A DNA stretch of 64,000 nt, taken from the NCBI GenBank assembly GCA_965153355.1, contig OZ231126.1, positions 26,226,001 to 26,290,000 of the forward strand, written 5' to 3'. The notes under the pieces are model-generated. The model saw nothing but the letters and a program-made list of their open reading frames with translations. It made no database searches and was not told where the DNA came from. The number at the start of each line of letters is the position of its first letter. The stretch's first letter is position 1. Positions 17,068 to 31,930 of the stretch are shown here, piece after piece. The DNA is from Flaccisagitta enflata (taxonomy: Eukaryota). The position numbers and the translations under genes are program-made.

Positions 17068-17646
17068 CAGTATGTTTATTCTCAAATGAAACGAAAGATG
17101 ACAGCATAAATCCTAAATGAATTGAGTAAATCAAATTTTGAAAAAAGTTCCTGAAAGAGTATGGTCTGGCAATTGTTTGTGCCAAATCTTAGCCTTAGAT
17201 CTCAATTAGTCTAGCTTCATTCCGCATTTGAAGCAAAATTGTAAAAATCACAATATCTCTTTATTTTCTTCTATTTTCAGTCCAAAAAAAATTGTTTTTT
17301 GAGATTTTTTAGTTAATTTGAACCAGTAAGCAAGAAAAACCTTATCTGCTATCAGAAATACCACATACATTGCCTGTTGAGATAAAGAATTACCATTTCT
17401 GTTGAAAAAATAGCAAAATTTAAAAATTTCACCTTTTGTCTCCAGTGGGAAATAGTAACAAATAACAATTCATGTTTTATCTTCAAATGCAGATTGAAGC
17501 TAAACTATTTGACCCCAAAGGCTAAGATTTTGCACAAATAAATGCCAGAACATACTCTTTCAGGAACTTTTTTCGGAATTTGATTATCTCAATTCGTTTT
17601 GGATTTATGCCGTCATCTTTCGTTTCATTTGAGAATAAACATACTG
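17068..17646. mobile_element. Tc1/mariner-type MITE with long (about 160 bp) TIRs
   Basis: TA|CAGTATGTTTATTCTCAAATGAAACGAAAGATGAC... is mirrored by ...GTCATCTTTCGTTTCATTTGAGAATAAACATACTG|TA. Confidence 0.85.
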
Positions 17647-18196
17647 TAAGACTAGACACGTTTCTCGCCTTATTCTCATGAGTTACTAGATTTCCATTTT
17701 TTATTGTTTTCCCAAAACACCCCAGAGCATTATTGAAAAATGTAAGTAGAGTGAGTCAACTTAAAGAACCAGGAGAACTAGTAGGAAAAGGCCAATTTTC
17801 TAATTTTTTAGTACACTTTATATATTTTTTTCTTCATGTCACCTTTTTCTCGCTTTTCTTCCCTTTCCCCAATTTTTAACCATTTTGTATAAAATGTAGA
17901 GAGAAAGCCGAAAGTCTGGTTGTTCCTGCTCACTGCACCCACTAACTTTCATTCTCCCTGGTCCTTCTCTAATTCCTTCTCATGTTCCTCCTCATGCTCG
18001 AAAATCTCGGAACTTGCCCTCGAGTCCCCCCCTCCCTCCTTCTTTGCCCCCGACGCCGCGGTATTAACATGAATTCATGGAAAGTCATAAATATAAAAGG
18101 ATTTTTTGACGCATACATGTAATATATTCCCTACGTCGTCCGACGGCCTGGAACGTCCGGACAAGTTAAAGTTGAAGGAGAGTCTAAGACCCTTTC

Positions 18197-18304
<108 letters not shown>

Positions 18305-19512
18305 TACTATTCTATCTTGACCCTCTCTGGCACCCTCTTTTTCTTCTCTTATTCTTCTTCTATCCTTTTTTCTTCATCATCTTCTACTTATTCTCCTTCT
18401 TCTTCTACTTATTCTCCTTCTTCTTCTTCTTACTCTTCTTTTACTCCTTCTATAGCTACTCCTCTACCTTCTTGCTCTTCTTCTCCTTCATTATCTTATT
18501 ACTGATGATTTGCACAAATCTCCTCTTCGATTGAGTTCTCATCAAGAGTCCGTTTCATTGTCATACATACTAATCAGCGATGGGAGATGAATGCGCCGAA
18601 TGGGCGATCGTTTTGGAAGAAGGGAAATATGGGCGGTGGGGGGGGGGGGAAGTAAGGCGCTTGAAAGTAGGGGTCATGGGCTATTCAATCTCATAAAGGG
18701 AGAAGTATCAGGCTGTCATTCTTACTGAACATGATTTCAGAACAGGGTTTGCTGCATCTAGGAATGACAGCCGAACACTTTTACCACTTTGAGACTGAAC
18801 TTCCTGTAGGATTGGAGAAAAACGTTTTTGACCTGACAAACGCATCGTGGGGAAATGGTAAGAGGCACAAAGATTAAGTGGTAAAAATCACGCCCGATCA
18901 TCGGACCAACTAACATGGGAGAGTGTAGAGATGTGCTCATGCCACTTGAAACAAAGATGAAATTGAACCGCACTGAGTGATAATGCACAACCAACAAACA
19001 AAATATAAGAAATTAAAGTAACAAACAGACAAACTAACAAACAAATCGAAGAGTTTAGGAGTGCAAGTTTTCAGAAAAGGTTTCGCCCTCTTCAACACAG
19101 AACTCCGGTTGATTAGCACTTTTCCCAATCTCTGGATCGATTTTGTGTTCAGAATATTTTACCTCATAACACGGGTAGAGCAAAGAGAAAAGAGGGAAAA
19201 ACAAATCCTGTAAAATGGAATGAGAGAAAGAGAGAAGAAAAAAAAAGAAGAAGAAAAAAAAAACGATGAAAAATGAAGGCGATGGAAATGAGAAATGAAA
19301 ATTCTTTGCAGGCACCAGAGAGGAGGGATGATGTCGGCCGTTCGTTGCTTAGTTTTATGAGCTGACTAAGTGCTTATCATGTCCCTCTTGACGAGCCCGA
19401 GGAAAGTGAAATAAAAAAGAGACCTCCTTTACCACAAATTTGGCAGGGGCGCTAGGAAGAGTTATGGGTGGAGGGCTTTGAGGTATTGGAAAGTGTGATG
19501 CCTGATTTTGCT

Positions 19513-19913
<401 letters not shown>

Positions 19914-20170
19914 CGAAGAAGAAAACCAAAAGAAGAACAAGGAGAACGGCGAAGAGTGTTTAGAATAAATTGAAAAGGAGTCCCAAAAATGGAAGGGTAT
20001 TTAGCATTACAGCGGAGAACAAGAAGGCTCATGGGACAATGAGATGCCGACAGCCAACCGAGCTCAGATGAAAAATGGAATTTGAATTTTTGGGGTCGGA
20101 AAATGCAAAAAAACGGAATTCGGGCGAGAAAAAGAGAATAAAATCGGAGACCCGCGAAATTGGCCGCTCA

Positions 20171-20288
<118 letters not shown>

Positions 20289-21119
20289 TGACAACCTCAC
20301 CCTTACCCGTGGGCCGTGGTCGTGTGCGAAGAATCTACCCCCTCCCCCTCCTTTTCAAGTTATTCATTTGTGAGGGGGGAATTACATATCCCTTTAATTT
20401 TCGCCTTATCTCCCATTTTGACTTCACCACAAACCAACGTCGTTCTTTTCTTGTCTACTTGGTACATACCATAATTAGTCCTCTCCTACCCTCTTCGATC
20501 CAAACATCATCAACACCTCTTTTCACATCTTGCTCGTATCTATCTTTTTCATTAGTCATCTTCTCTCAAACGCATCTTATCAAAGTTCATTCATGTTTTC
20601 AGTAACCTTCGGTCTTTTCAGGTTTCACACCTTCAATTTGTGGTAGATCGAGAGCTAACTAACACACGCTTTCCTTCGCCTCTGGCCCAGACAGTCTCCT
20701 GTTACTGTCAATCAACTATGATGGGTGTTCCTCGCTTCTGTCATCTTGACTCGTGTTTTCTCACCACACATTTCGTCTGATACCCTAGCCTCCAGCCACC
20801 CAGTGCGTGCACTGCTAGAGACATCTTCTTTACGTATCTCCACTACGTAAATTCATGCTCCTTTAGACTGATATCGCCTAATTGTTGTTATTCAAACCGC
20901 TCTCTTGCTCCTCTGATTTGTGCAGTCCTGTTTTCATCTCAAATCTAGTGTTGTTACCCCTCTCACAACCTTTCTTCCCCCTTATGGCCTCTCTTCCTGA
21001 TTTTACGCCATGTTTAGCCTCGCCTTTCAGTTCAAATCCCCTTACTATCGCGTATCAACCCCTGATTTTTTTATTTTATTTTGTCATTGTTCCCCCCCCC
21101 TCTTTTCGAATCCCTCGCG

Positions 21120-21935
21120 ATGTGACCTCTTGTTTGGTGTTTCACATTCCTCACCCTCCGCCCTACTCCTCCCGCTTTGCCTCTCCCTCTCCCTACCTCC
21201 CCCTCCCTCGCTCCCTTTCCCCGTCCCTCCATCTCCCCCCTCGATTTCACCCCTTGTTTGGTGTTCCACACTCCTCACCTCCCGCTACCCCCCTCCCCCT
21301 TCTTCTCCCCCCTCGATTTCACCTCTTGTTTGGTGTTCTACCTCCCCACCTCCCGCTACCCCCCCCTCCCCCTTCTTCTCCCCCCTCGATTTCACCTCTT
21401 GTTTGATGTTTCACACTCCTCACCTCCTGTTACACTCCCCCTCCCCCCCTTCCTCCATCTCCCCCCTCGATTTCACCTCTTGTTTGGTGTTTCACACTCC
21501 TCACCTCCCGCTACCCCCCCCCATCCCCCTTCTTCTCCCCCCTCGATTTCACCTCTTGTTTGGTGTTCTACACTCCTCACCTCCCGCTACCCCCCCCCCT
21601 CCCCCTTCTTCTCCCCCCTCGATTTCACCTCTTGTTTGGTGTTTCACACTCCTCACCTCCCGCTACCCCCCCCCTCCCCCTTCTTCTCCCCCCTCGATTT
21701 CACCTCTTGTTTGGTGTTTCACACTCCTCACCTCCCGCTACCCCCCCTCCCTCTCCTTCTCCCCCCTCGATTTCACCTCTTGTTTGGTGTTTCACACTCC
21801 TCACCTCCCTACCCCCCCTCCCCCTTCTTCCCCCCTCGATTTCACCTCTTGTTTGGTGTTTCACACTCCTCACCTCCCGCTACCCCCCCTCCCCCCTCTT
21901 CTCCCCCCTCGATTTCACCTCTTGTTTGGTGTTCC
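21120..21935. repeat. about 70-75-bp C-rich minisatellite, about 11 copies
   Basis: Unit CCCCTCGATTTCACCTCTTGTTTGGTGTTTCACACTCCTCACCTCCCGCTACCCC... Confidence 0.93.
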
Positions 21936-22748
21936 GACCTCCCGCGTTAAATCTTGTCACAAATGAGTCGAAATCAGTTTTAAAGCCTTCTCTCGGCGAG
22001 AATCGAGTTCACCTCCGACACAGCGGATAAAATCATCGCGGCCGACGCGTCCAAGGCCGACATCGAGGCTCACCTCCGACACCGCGGCTAAAACCATCGA
22101 GGCCAACATTGTGATTTACCTTTAGCACCACGAATGAAACCATCGAGGCCAACCTCTTAGCTTACCCCGACACCGCGGCTGAGATTACCGAGGCCAACAT
22201 CGAAGCTGGCCTCGGACATTGCGGCTAAATCCATTTTCTAATTGCCGATTTAATTCTCTGCAGACTGACGTTTTTTAATCTCTTGGCTTTTGATTTTTAC
22301 TTGCCAACAGCGAGGAGAGAGATGAGGTTACAGACAGTTGAAAACCTTCAAATCAGGGAGTGAGATGTTCTTATCCAGTTCGAGTAAGATTGTCAAATAC
22401 TGAAAAACAAAAAAAGACTTGGAAAGAAGTGAACTTGGAATTTGATTTGCTCAACAGCAAGGCTGATTTTTGTTTGGTTTTTGTGCTGTGGGGGTTGGGG
22501 GTGTGTTTTGTCTATTTAATTGTTTTGTTTATTTTTTCTTTTGTTTGTTTGTTTGTCAGTTTATTTCCTCGTTAATTTGTTTGTTTGTTTGTTTGTTTGA
22601 AAGTGTCCGTTTCATTTCGTGATCAATTTTCAAAGAAGTCAGAGATAGGTGTTTTCCTTTCTTTAGCTTCACCCTTTCTTCTCAGCGGTTGTTTTTATGG
22701 GGAAGGGTGGAGTTGGTTTATTCTTCACTTTTTTATTCAATCTTCTTT

Positions 22749-22813
<65 letters not shown>

Positions 22814-23392
22814 CCAAATACAAGAGGAGCGAAAACATGAATAATGAATATCGCTGTGAAATTTTTGCGCCAAGCCAAGAATTCGGCCGTCAGTTGAGGC
22901 GGGCCTCGGCTGACGCTGACGCTGACGGCGGCGGCGGCGGCGGCAACAGCGGCGGCAACAGCGACGGCAACAGCGGCGGCAGCTGACAAGAAAAAAAAGA
23001 GAACGCGAAAGAAAAAAAAAGGAGAAGAAGAAATTAAAAATGCAAAATCCAATTTTATTTCGCGAACGGGGTTCGAACTCGCGACCTTAGAAAATCCATT
23101 ATTCATTTCAACCCTACTCTTTCCATTTTTATGCACCGCTCGTAATAGAAAAGGTCGACAACGCCGATTTCTTTTTTCTTATTAACTTCTTGTTTTTTAT
23201 TTGTTATTTTGTTTCTTTTAGAAAATATAAGAGAGAAAGAGAGAGAGAGGAAGGCAAGAAAGAAAAGACTAGGCACTGACATATAGACGGACAGATAGAC
23301 AGACAGACAGACAGAAAAACAGTCATAGAAAGTAGTTTTAGACACACAAGGAGAGGACAGACAGACGGAGAAAGAATCGGGAATTGATATTT

Positions 23393-23539
<147 letters not shown>

Positions 23540-25470
23540 GAGAGTAAAAAATTGAACCGACAAAAAGACAAGAACAGAGACAGAGACTAAGAAAGAGACA
23601 GACACAAAGATATGGAGAGACAGAGACAGAGACAATTGTGTTTTTGCTGCGTGTTAAATTCACTTTGTGCCAGGGGAATTTCCTCGGATTTCAGATTTTC
23701 AGATGCAGTTGGCAGAGATGGCATTTTATATTCTCTGCTTTGCTTTGCTTTGCTTTTTCTTTTTTTTTTTCTTTTGTATCTTTTCTTTTGATATTTTTTT
23801 CTTTCTGTCATTCTCTCTGTCTCAACTGACAGGATATTAAAATGAAAATACTGGAAATCCACTCCATCGCAACGCTTAAAGATACGGGTTTTTTTTTTTT
23901 GTTGTTGTTGTTTTGTTTTGTTTTTCTTTTTTGTTTTCTATTCTTTCATCCGTCCTTGGAATAAATAGACACATTGCAAAGGCATTAAAAACACCACAAG
24001 CATCATGAAATGATTCATCCTTCAGTGTTAAGTTGGTAAAAAGTTGTAAAAGTCTTTTTTTCAAATAGTGCGCCCTCTTAGTTCTTAGTCCGCGCAACAA
24101 TCGATACCCCAACCCACCACTTGTCCGATCATGTCCGCATCCGTAATTTGTCCTCTCACCCTCAATGTCCTCTCACTTGTATGCCCGTTGTAATTGTTAA
24201 TTCGTTGACGCAGAAAAAAACTCAGCAATTCTCTTCTCTCCTTTTTTTCGCTTCATTTTTTTCTACTCCTTTTTTTTCCTTTTTTTTTTTTTTTTGCCTC
24301 CCTTGAGATTTGATAAAAAAGTCGATGTCCGCCGTCTAACGAATCCAATAAATCCAATTTCGCGCCATCATGTCGTTGTCCTTTCTGTTATCCTTTCTGT
24401 TGTCCTTCTGTTGTTTCGTATTGTCCCGTAGTTGTCCTGTTGTTGTTGCGCTGTCATTGGCTTGCATTGTCCTGTCGATGTCCCGCTTTGTCCCACTTTG
24501 TCTTTCATACTCATCCGGCTCCAACCACCTTCTCAATTCACTACGTCCATTCGATTGGCTTCACTCCATTACTCTGTCTCCGTTTGCTTTCGTCATCTTG
24601 TCCTTTCCTTCGTTTCCTTCTTTGGCTTCGCCACTCATCATTTCACTCGCATTCTCGGTTCTACAGCGCATTCTCTTCAACTCGCCACATTGCATTGCCG
24701 CGTTACTGACCGGCTTTTTCTCCCTTGATTTCTTGATCCTCTTCAGTTTGTGTGAATTTAGTTTTCCCTCGTCTATCCACCCTCCCTTCCTCTTCCCCCC
24801 AGTTTTCTTCCCACTTTCCCTCTCTTCCTCACCTCTCTTTCCCTACCTACGCCAAAACCATACATGATCCTGTATCCCACATTTCCCATTCCATCTTATC
24901 CTCCTTTTCTACTCCAAACTCCCATCTCCCTTCCTCCAAATCCCAACTCTCATTCCTCGTTCTCATGGTCAGTCTAACCTCGAATAGATGGCGTCCCACG
25001 TCTGACAGCGTGGCGGCGGCGACGGCGATGGCGACGAAGCGACAGCGGCAACGAAGGCGGCGTCCAACGGCGGCGTCCAAGAGCGACGCCCAACGGCGCC
25101 CGACGGCGTCCAACCACTCATGCATTTTTCTTTAGATTGACTTTGACAACTAAAAAGCCATTTGACAACTTCCATCGCTGTCGCTGCTGTCTGCCGTAAC
25201 GGACTCTCCCGCAACGGACTCTGCCGCCTCGGACTCTACCGATACGGACTCTGCCGCCTCGGACTCTGTCGCCTCGCACTCTGCCACTACGGACTCTACC
25301 GCTACAGACTCTAAGCCGCTTCAGATTACATGCCGCTTCAGACTCGATATCATTCCAAACCTTATGCGCATCTCTAAGGAGATTAGAGAAACTAATGAAA
25401 TGATAAATGTCAAAATGATAGAAAAAAAAGTTGCGAAAGCGTGACTCAATATATCAAAAATACAGTCCTC

Positions 25471-25908
25471 TTTTTAGATGCGTCCTCGCATCTCTATAAG
25501 AGGGTTTGTCCGTCCGTCCGTCCGTCGGTCGGTCCGTCCGTCGGTCCGTCCGTCGGTCGGTCGGTCGGTCCGTTACGCCTGTGCAAAAACCATGTTTTTC
25601 GGCTTTTTAGATGCGTCCTCGCATCTCTATAAGAGGGTTTGTCCGTCCGTCCGTCGGTCCGTCGGTCGGTCCGTCCGTCCGTCCGTCGGTCGATCCGTTA
25701 CGCCTGTGCAAAAACCGCGTTTCTCGGCTGTTTTTGGCCACGGTGAGATCCTACACTGAAACAAATGATCAACCAGCATGTTTTGAGAGCCTCCTCTATT
25801 ACTCAATCATTTCACCCGTCTGTTCGTCCATCTGTCTCTCCGTATATGTCACATGATCAATACACGCAGAGACACAGTCCGGACGCATCTTTGCCCGGTC
25901 GGGCTTGT
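25471..25908 (+). mobile_element. DINE-1/Helentron-like element with a tandemly duplicated 5' module
   Basis: TTTTAGATGCGTCCTCGCATCT plus (GTCC/GTCG)n occurs twice (25471, about 25604); subterminal GGACGCATCT and 3' hairpin GCCCGGTCGGGC then TTGTT. Confidence 0.7.
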
Positions 25909-27155
25909 TCGTATTTCAAGTCGAACAAAAATATTTTATTGGACTGCTTCGGATGTTGCACACTACTACATCCAAACCAGGTTTTAGACTCTAGAATTGT
26001 CGAAGCCCTTCAGCAAAAAAAGCCCTCAGGATATACATGTTGATTGCTTCATCTTAAACTCCTCCCTCTCCCCACCCCCCCCCCTTTTTTTTTCTGTTTC
26101 ACTTTCAGATTTTTCGACCTCTCCTTCATCTTTACGTCGGTGGACAAATCCGTCTTCACTCCATCAATGGATCCAACATCAAGTCAAAGATTTCATTGAG
26201 CTTAGCTCAAGTCACGCAGCTCATCAGACCCAACTCATCTAGCTCAGGTTGTGACATCGAATTCATCAAGCTCAATGAGCAGGACTCAACTCTTAAAGAT
26301 CGTGGCCTCGTTCCATGGCTTCCAACTAACTCGACTCGTTTCGTCGGATCTATGACCAGGACTATGGCCCATCCTCACTCCCGATTTCAACGACTTTACC
26401 GCGATTCACGTAACTCTGCTCAACGCCGATCTTCTCGGCCCTCTTTACCTTCCCCATTTTTGAAATAATTCATCGCCATTTTTAAAATAATTCATCGCCA
26501 TTTTTCTCACGCGCCCACTTGACTCCGAACGAACATTCTTTGTCCGATTGTCCGTGACTATCCATAAATGTCTGTCCGTCGTAAAAACAAGGCCAAGTAG
26601 GCCAATAAGCGTGTGGATCGTCGAACGAATGCGTTACCCGATCGACCGACAGACCGACGGAGACAGCCAGTTGTAGAGGTGCTTTGTCGCACCTAAAAAC
26701 CGCTCTCCAGTCCATCTTTTTTTCTTTTTTTTTTTGTTCCACACCTACAACGTAGACATCATAGTCTCAAAAATCGTTGACGTCGACGATAACTTTGTCG
26801 TGTCCAAAAAAAGTCGCCTCGTCACATCGTCGCATCGTCGCATCGTCGCATCGTCGGATATCGTGACAAATTGTGATAAAAGTTCGTTCTTGTTGTGTGT
26901 CCTTCTTCGTGTGTCAGTGTCCGTGACGAGCCAACGAGATAACGTCTTTTCTTTCCGTATTTCGTGTTTGCGTCCGTCCGTTTCTTCTTTTTTTCTTAAC
27001 TCTTTCCCTTAGATCACAGATAACTCCCGTGGCTCTGTTACCCACTATGTTTGTCCGTCCGTCGATCCGTCGGTAGGTCCGCGTCACTTAGCTCTTTCGT
27101 CACCCAGCTCCCAAGTGCCAGCACGCGACTTGGGTGGCGGTGTAGCCTGTTCCGA

Positions 27156-27342
27156 TTTTTAGTCGCGTGCACGCGACTCTACACCCCGCTTTGTCCGTCG
27201 GTCGGTCGGTCAGTCCGTCACACTTTACTTTTTTATGATTTTTATTGTTGGACCTCACTGCTCCTCCCCAAATGGTCCAGTGACCTCAAATATGGCCCCT
27301 GCCCACCTGCACGCGACTTCGGTAGCCGAGTATCCGGCCTTG
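27156..27342 (+). mobile_element. DINE-1/Helentron-like element, AGTCGCG family
   Basis: TTTTTAGTCGCGTGCACGCGACT ... GCACGCGACT ... GTATCCGGCCTTG; related copies at 41041-41416, 48268-48468 and 55676-56162. Confidence 0.7.
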
Positions 27343-27703
27343 CTCCTGCAACGTGGCATCCTCCAATACTCATAAAGACACAATATTTATGACATTCATA
27401 CACACATGAGTGTAGCACAGTAATGAAAAGAGAGATGCAAGAAGAAAAAGCAAACAAAACAAAATGACGCGAAACAAAACAAAACAAAACAAAACAGAGA
27501 CAACAAGGGGATCACATTGCAGTGCGAGATGTAATCAGTGAGATAAAACCCATACAAGGGATAGAGTGTCACTAGATTTGGCACGATGCAAAAAGCCAGC
27601 TTGACGGCGCTCAACCAATTCTTCCTAGGTTTTTCTGCCTAAGGAATGTTGCAGATTGGTGACGCTTTCGAAATGTCTGAAAAATTCGACCTCCACCTCT
27701 TCC

Positions 27704-28220
27704 TTTTTGGGCAGCGGCCCCAAAGGGGCCGATGACCTATGCTTTCACATAGGGGAAATTTCTCCTTCTCCTTCTCCAGTGTATCCCCCCCCCCCCTTCC
27801 GCTTGAAACTCTGTCTCGAAGCTCAAATCCCAGACTTGAGGCTCAAATCCCAGTCTCGAGGCTCAAACCCCTATCTTGAGGCTCATATCCCAATCTCAAG
27901 GCTTTAATACCAATCTCAAGGCTCAAATTCCACACTCAAGGCTCCAATCCTAGTCTCGAGGCTCAAATCCCAGTTTTGTGGCTCAAATCTCAGTCTTGAG
28001 GCTCAAATCCCAGTCACGAAGCTCAAATACTAGCCTCGAGGCTTAAATCCCAGCCCCGAGGGTCACATCCCAGACTGAAAGCTCACATCCCAGCTGCAGT
28101 AAAAACAGCATAGGTCATCGGCCCCTTCGGGGCCGCTGCCCCTCTAACCACCTCACACCCACATGAACTCACATAGGGGCATCGGGTACCGCTGACCATC
28201 TAACGCTTTTGCGACTATTT
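27704..28220 (+). mobile_element. GGGCAGCGGCCCC-family non-autonomous element
   Basis: 5' GGGCAGCGGCCCCAAAGGGGCCGATGACCTATG with subterminal inverted copy CATAGGTCATCGGCCCCTTCGGGGCCGCTGCCC; internal 21-bp repeats. Confidence 0.75.
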
Positions 28221-28485
28221 CCTTTCTTTCCACCTTCTCCCTCTAACCTTTTCACTTTTCGGTTGGTTCTGCTTATCCCAGCTTCTCCTACTCACCCACC
28301 TGCATCCTTCTTTTACTCACCATCCTCCTCATACTTTTCCTCCATTTCCTCTTTTCTCCTCCTTTTGACTTCCAACTTCCTGATAACGTCAAAAACCCCT
28401 TCGGCTTCGGATTAAACGACAAGACGAGATTTTCTCATCTTTTTTTCATTTTCTCTTTTCTCTTCTCTGTTTTCTCTTTGATTCT

Positions 28486-28733
28486 TTTTAGTTGCGAACA
28501 CGTAACTCTATGTCCGTTTGTCCGTCCGTTCTTCCATCCGTCCGTCCATCCGTCCATCCGCCCGTCCATCCGTCCGTCCATCCGTCTATCCATCCGTCCG
28601 TGATGATCGAGTTGAAAAGTGGGAAAACGAGCGATTTAGATACATTATGTTCATGTTTATGTGTTGGGAAGGGGTTGGGATGTTGATGGGGGTTGGATGC
28701 CCCTGCCCAACCGTCCGCAATTATATCACTTGT
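28486..28733 (+). mobile_element. DINE-1/Helentron-like element, AGTTGCG family
   Basis: TTTTTAGTTGCG..., (GTCC/ATCC)n, GAGTTGAAAAGTGGGAAAACG core; similar to 32551-32795. Confidence 0.65.
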
Positions 28734-28801
28734 TCCTTTTCTCTACCGAATCTTTCAAACGATTCACCTGCATTGCTAAAAAAGATTAAAGGTATTTGTG
28801 C

Positions 28802-29006
<205 letters not shown>

Positions 29007-29179
29007 AGTTTTGTTAGTGTTGCTAGTGCTGTTAGTGTTGATAGTGGTGTTAGTGTTGTTGTTGTTGCTTTTGTTGTTGCTGTCTCTCTCTTCTTTTTTC
29101 TTGGCCTTTTTTCACGGGTTTTTGCCAATTCAAGGCGCTGAATAAAGGCTCTTTTTCTCATTTTCTTTTCTGTTTGCAG

Positions 29180-29183
29180 AAAA
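29180..29183 (+). other. candidate 4-nt microexon (AAAA)
   Basis: CTCTTTTTCTCATTTTCTTTTCTGTTTGCAG|AAAA|GTAAGT. Confidence 0.3.
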
Positions 29184-29278
29184 GTAAGTTAAAAGCCAGG
29201 GTGAGGTTAAGTTGAAAAGGTTGAGGAGGTTGAACAGAAATTAGAAAAGTGGATCTTACAGCTTGGAAAAGAAAAAGT

Positions 29279-29425
<147 letters not shown>

Positions 29426-29859
29426 TCACAAAACGATAGGATAGAAAAGCTGTGGTTACCACCCAGGTCTCCAGAGCAAGACAGTCAAACAGAGAAAGAG
29501 GCGGCGACTGACTCTTTTTAAAGTGGTGGAATGGTGCTGGAAATGTTGTTGAGGGGGCGACTTTAGATCTAGAAAAAATCTTTGTTTAGAAAAAGTGGGG
29601 AAAATACCAAGATGTTATTTCCAATGTTCTGTGTTTTGAATGTGCATGTTGCATGTTCTAAAAAAAAACTGGTTAGCAAAATCGAAATGGTCCAAGAACA
29701 AAAAACTATGTGAACTTTGTTTTCAAATGGTTTAAGGAAATAAGGTGGTAAAAAGTGATGCAAAAGCGATGAAAAAGAGTTAAAAAAAAAGAGGGAGCTG
29801 ATCAGTTGACAAAGGCGACAAAAGACGATAACATTCACCCTCGATGCGCCAAAACTGAA

Positions 29860-29958
<99 letters not shown>

Positions 29959-30403
29959 CAAGAGACAGAAATAGAGAAAGAGAGATAGATAGACAGGCAG
30001 ATTGTCAAACCAACTGATGCGGATAGAAAAAGAGACAGAGAAAGGCAAAGAGTATAGATAAACTGGGAAAGACAAACGAACAAACAGAAATGTAGACAGA
30101 CAACGAGACTAGAAAATAGAAGCACTGGCTGAAAAACATAAGTATAGCAGACAAAGTCACTCAGACGCTTGTACTCAGATAATAGGACAGACACAGACAG
30201 GGTGGGACTGGCCTGGGTTAAGAAAGAGAAAGAGATACAAAGGAAAACCTGAACCAACTTTGAAATTGCAAGGAAATTGGAATTTTGACTTTTCGGTTGT
30301 GAAGAGAAAAACAATCTCTTTGACTAGACTGCTTTTTTCCTTCCTTTTCTTTTTGACCTTTCGCCCTTCATTCTTTTTTTCTTCCTTTCTTTCTTTCTTT
30401 CTC

Positions 30404-30479
<76 letters not shown>

Positions 30480-30516
30480 TCGTTCTTTGTTTCTTTCTCT
30501 CTTTCTTTCTTTCTTC

Positions 30517-30555
<39 letters not shown>

Positions 30556-30769
30556 TTTTTCATCCTTTCTTTTCCTCTTTCTTTTTTTTCTTCTCGTCTG
30601 TCTTTTTCTCATTCTGTCTTTCTTTTTTTTTCTTCCTTTCTTCCTTTCTATTTTTTTCTTTCTTCCTCTCTTTCTTTCTTTCTTTCCTTTTTTTTTTCTT
30701 TTTTTTTTTCTTTCTAACTTTTTAGCTTCTAGGCCAAAATGTCTGAGTATGAGTGGAACTAATGCAGAA

Positions 30770-30828
<59 letters not shown>

Positions 30829-31729
30829 ACCATATCGTTTCTGGCAAATAAAAGAGAGAGACAATGAAAATGAAAAAAAAAAGTTTTAAAGCTGGAAGAT
30901 GGTGTTGGTCTGAAATGGTTGGACCAAATTTCACGATCACAATTATGAGGGAAATAAATCTTGGGTGGAAAGGATTACCACATCCACTTTCACTTGAAAC
31001 CCATGATGACGAGTTCCAGAATAGGATTTCTTTTTTTAAGACAAGGTAGAGTGAGAAGAGAAACTTGATTTCTTCTTGGTGGGTTTAGTGAGTGCGATGG
31101 AAATTACACAGACTTGTTGTTGGAGGCATTAGAAGTTTGTTGTTGCTCTTGGCGTTGTGTTGGTGAGAATCTTGATGCTACGCATTGAAGGCTGGTAACA
31201 ATCAAGATAGAAATCTGGGCTTCTGTAACCTGTATAAGTCAATCAATTGTCTAATCGTCAAATATGACAGGAAGACATGAACCTTGTCTCATTTGAGTAG
31301 TTAAGTATTGGTTTACTATCGATGAAAAAGGGAACGGGTGATTTTTTTTTCTTTTTTTAGGGGAAGCGACATTGACACAGTATCAAAAGACGATAAATTC
31401 AATGGCCACAAATGGCAGTATAAATACCCACGTTAACATGAATTTGAAAACGATACAAGATGCTTTACAACGCGGCTAAAGGAAATAAAATTTGGGAGTT
31501 TTGGAGAATAGAATGGCAAATTCTTCCTCTTTTCTTTTCATTTCCCTCTTCTTCTTTTTTATCTTCTTCTTCTTCTTCTTCTCCTTCTTCTTCTTCTTCT
31601 TCTTCTTCTTCTTCTTCTTCTTCTTCTTCTTCTTCTTCTTCTTCTTTTTCATTTCCCTCTTCTTCTTTTTCATCTTTTCTCCTTCTCCTTCTCCTTCTCC
31701 TTTTTTCTTCTTCTTCTTCCTCTTCTTCT

Positions 31730-31761
<32 letters not shown>

Positions 31762-31824
31762 TTCTTCTTCTTCTTCTTCTTCTTCTTCTTCATCTCCTTC
31801 TTCTTCTTCTTCTTCTTCTTCTTC

Positions 31825-31930
<106 letters not shown>

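Noticed and set aside
21010-22030. Pro-rich ORFs in three frames
   Set aside because: C-rich minisatellite lacking stop codons by composition.
23055-23095. tRNA T-loop/B-box-like GGTCGCGAGTTCGAACCCC (minus strand)
   Set aside because: No acceptor stem, D-arm or anticodon arm can be folded.
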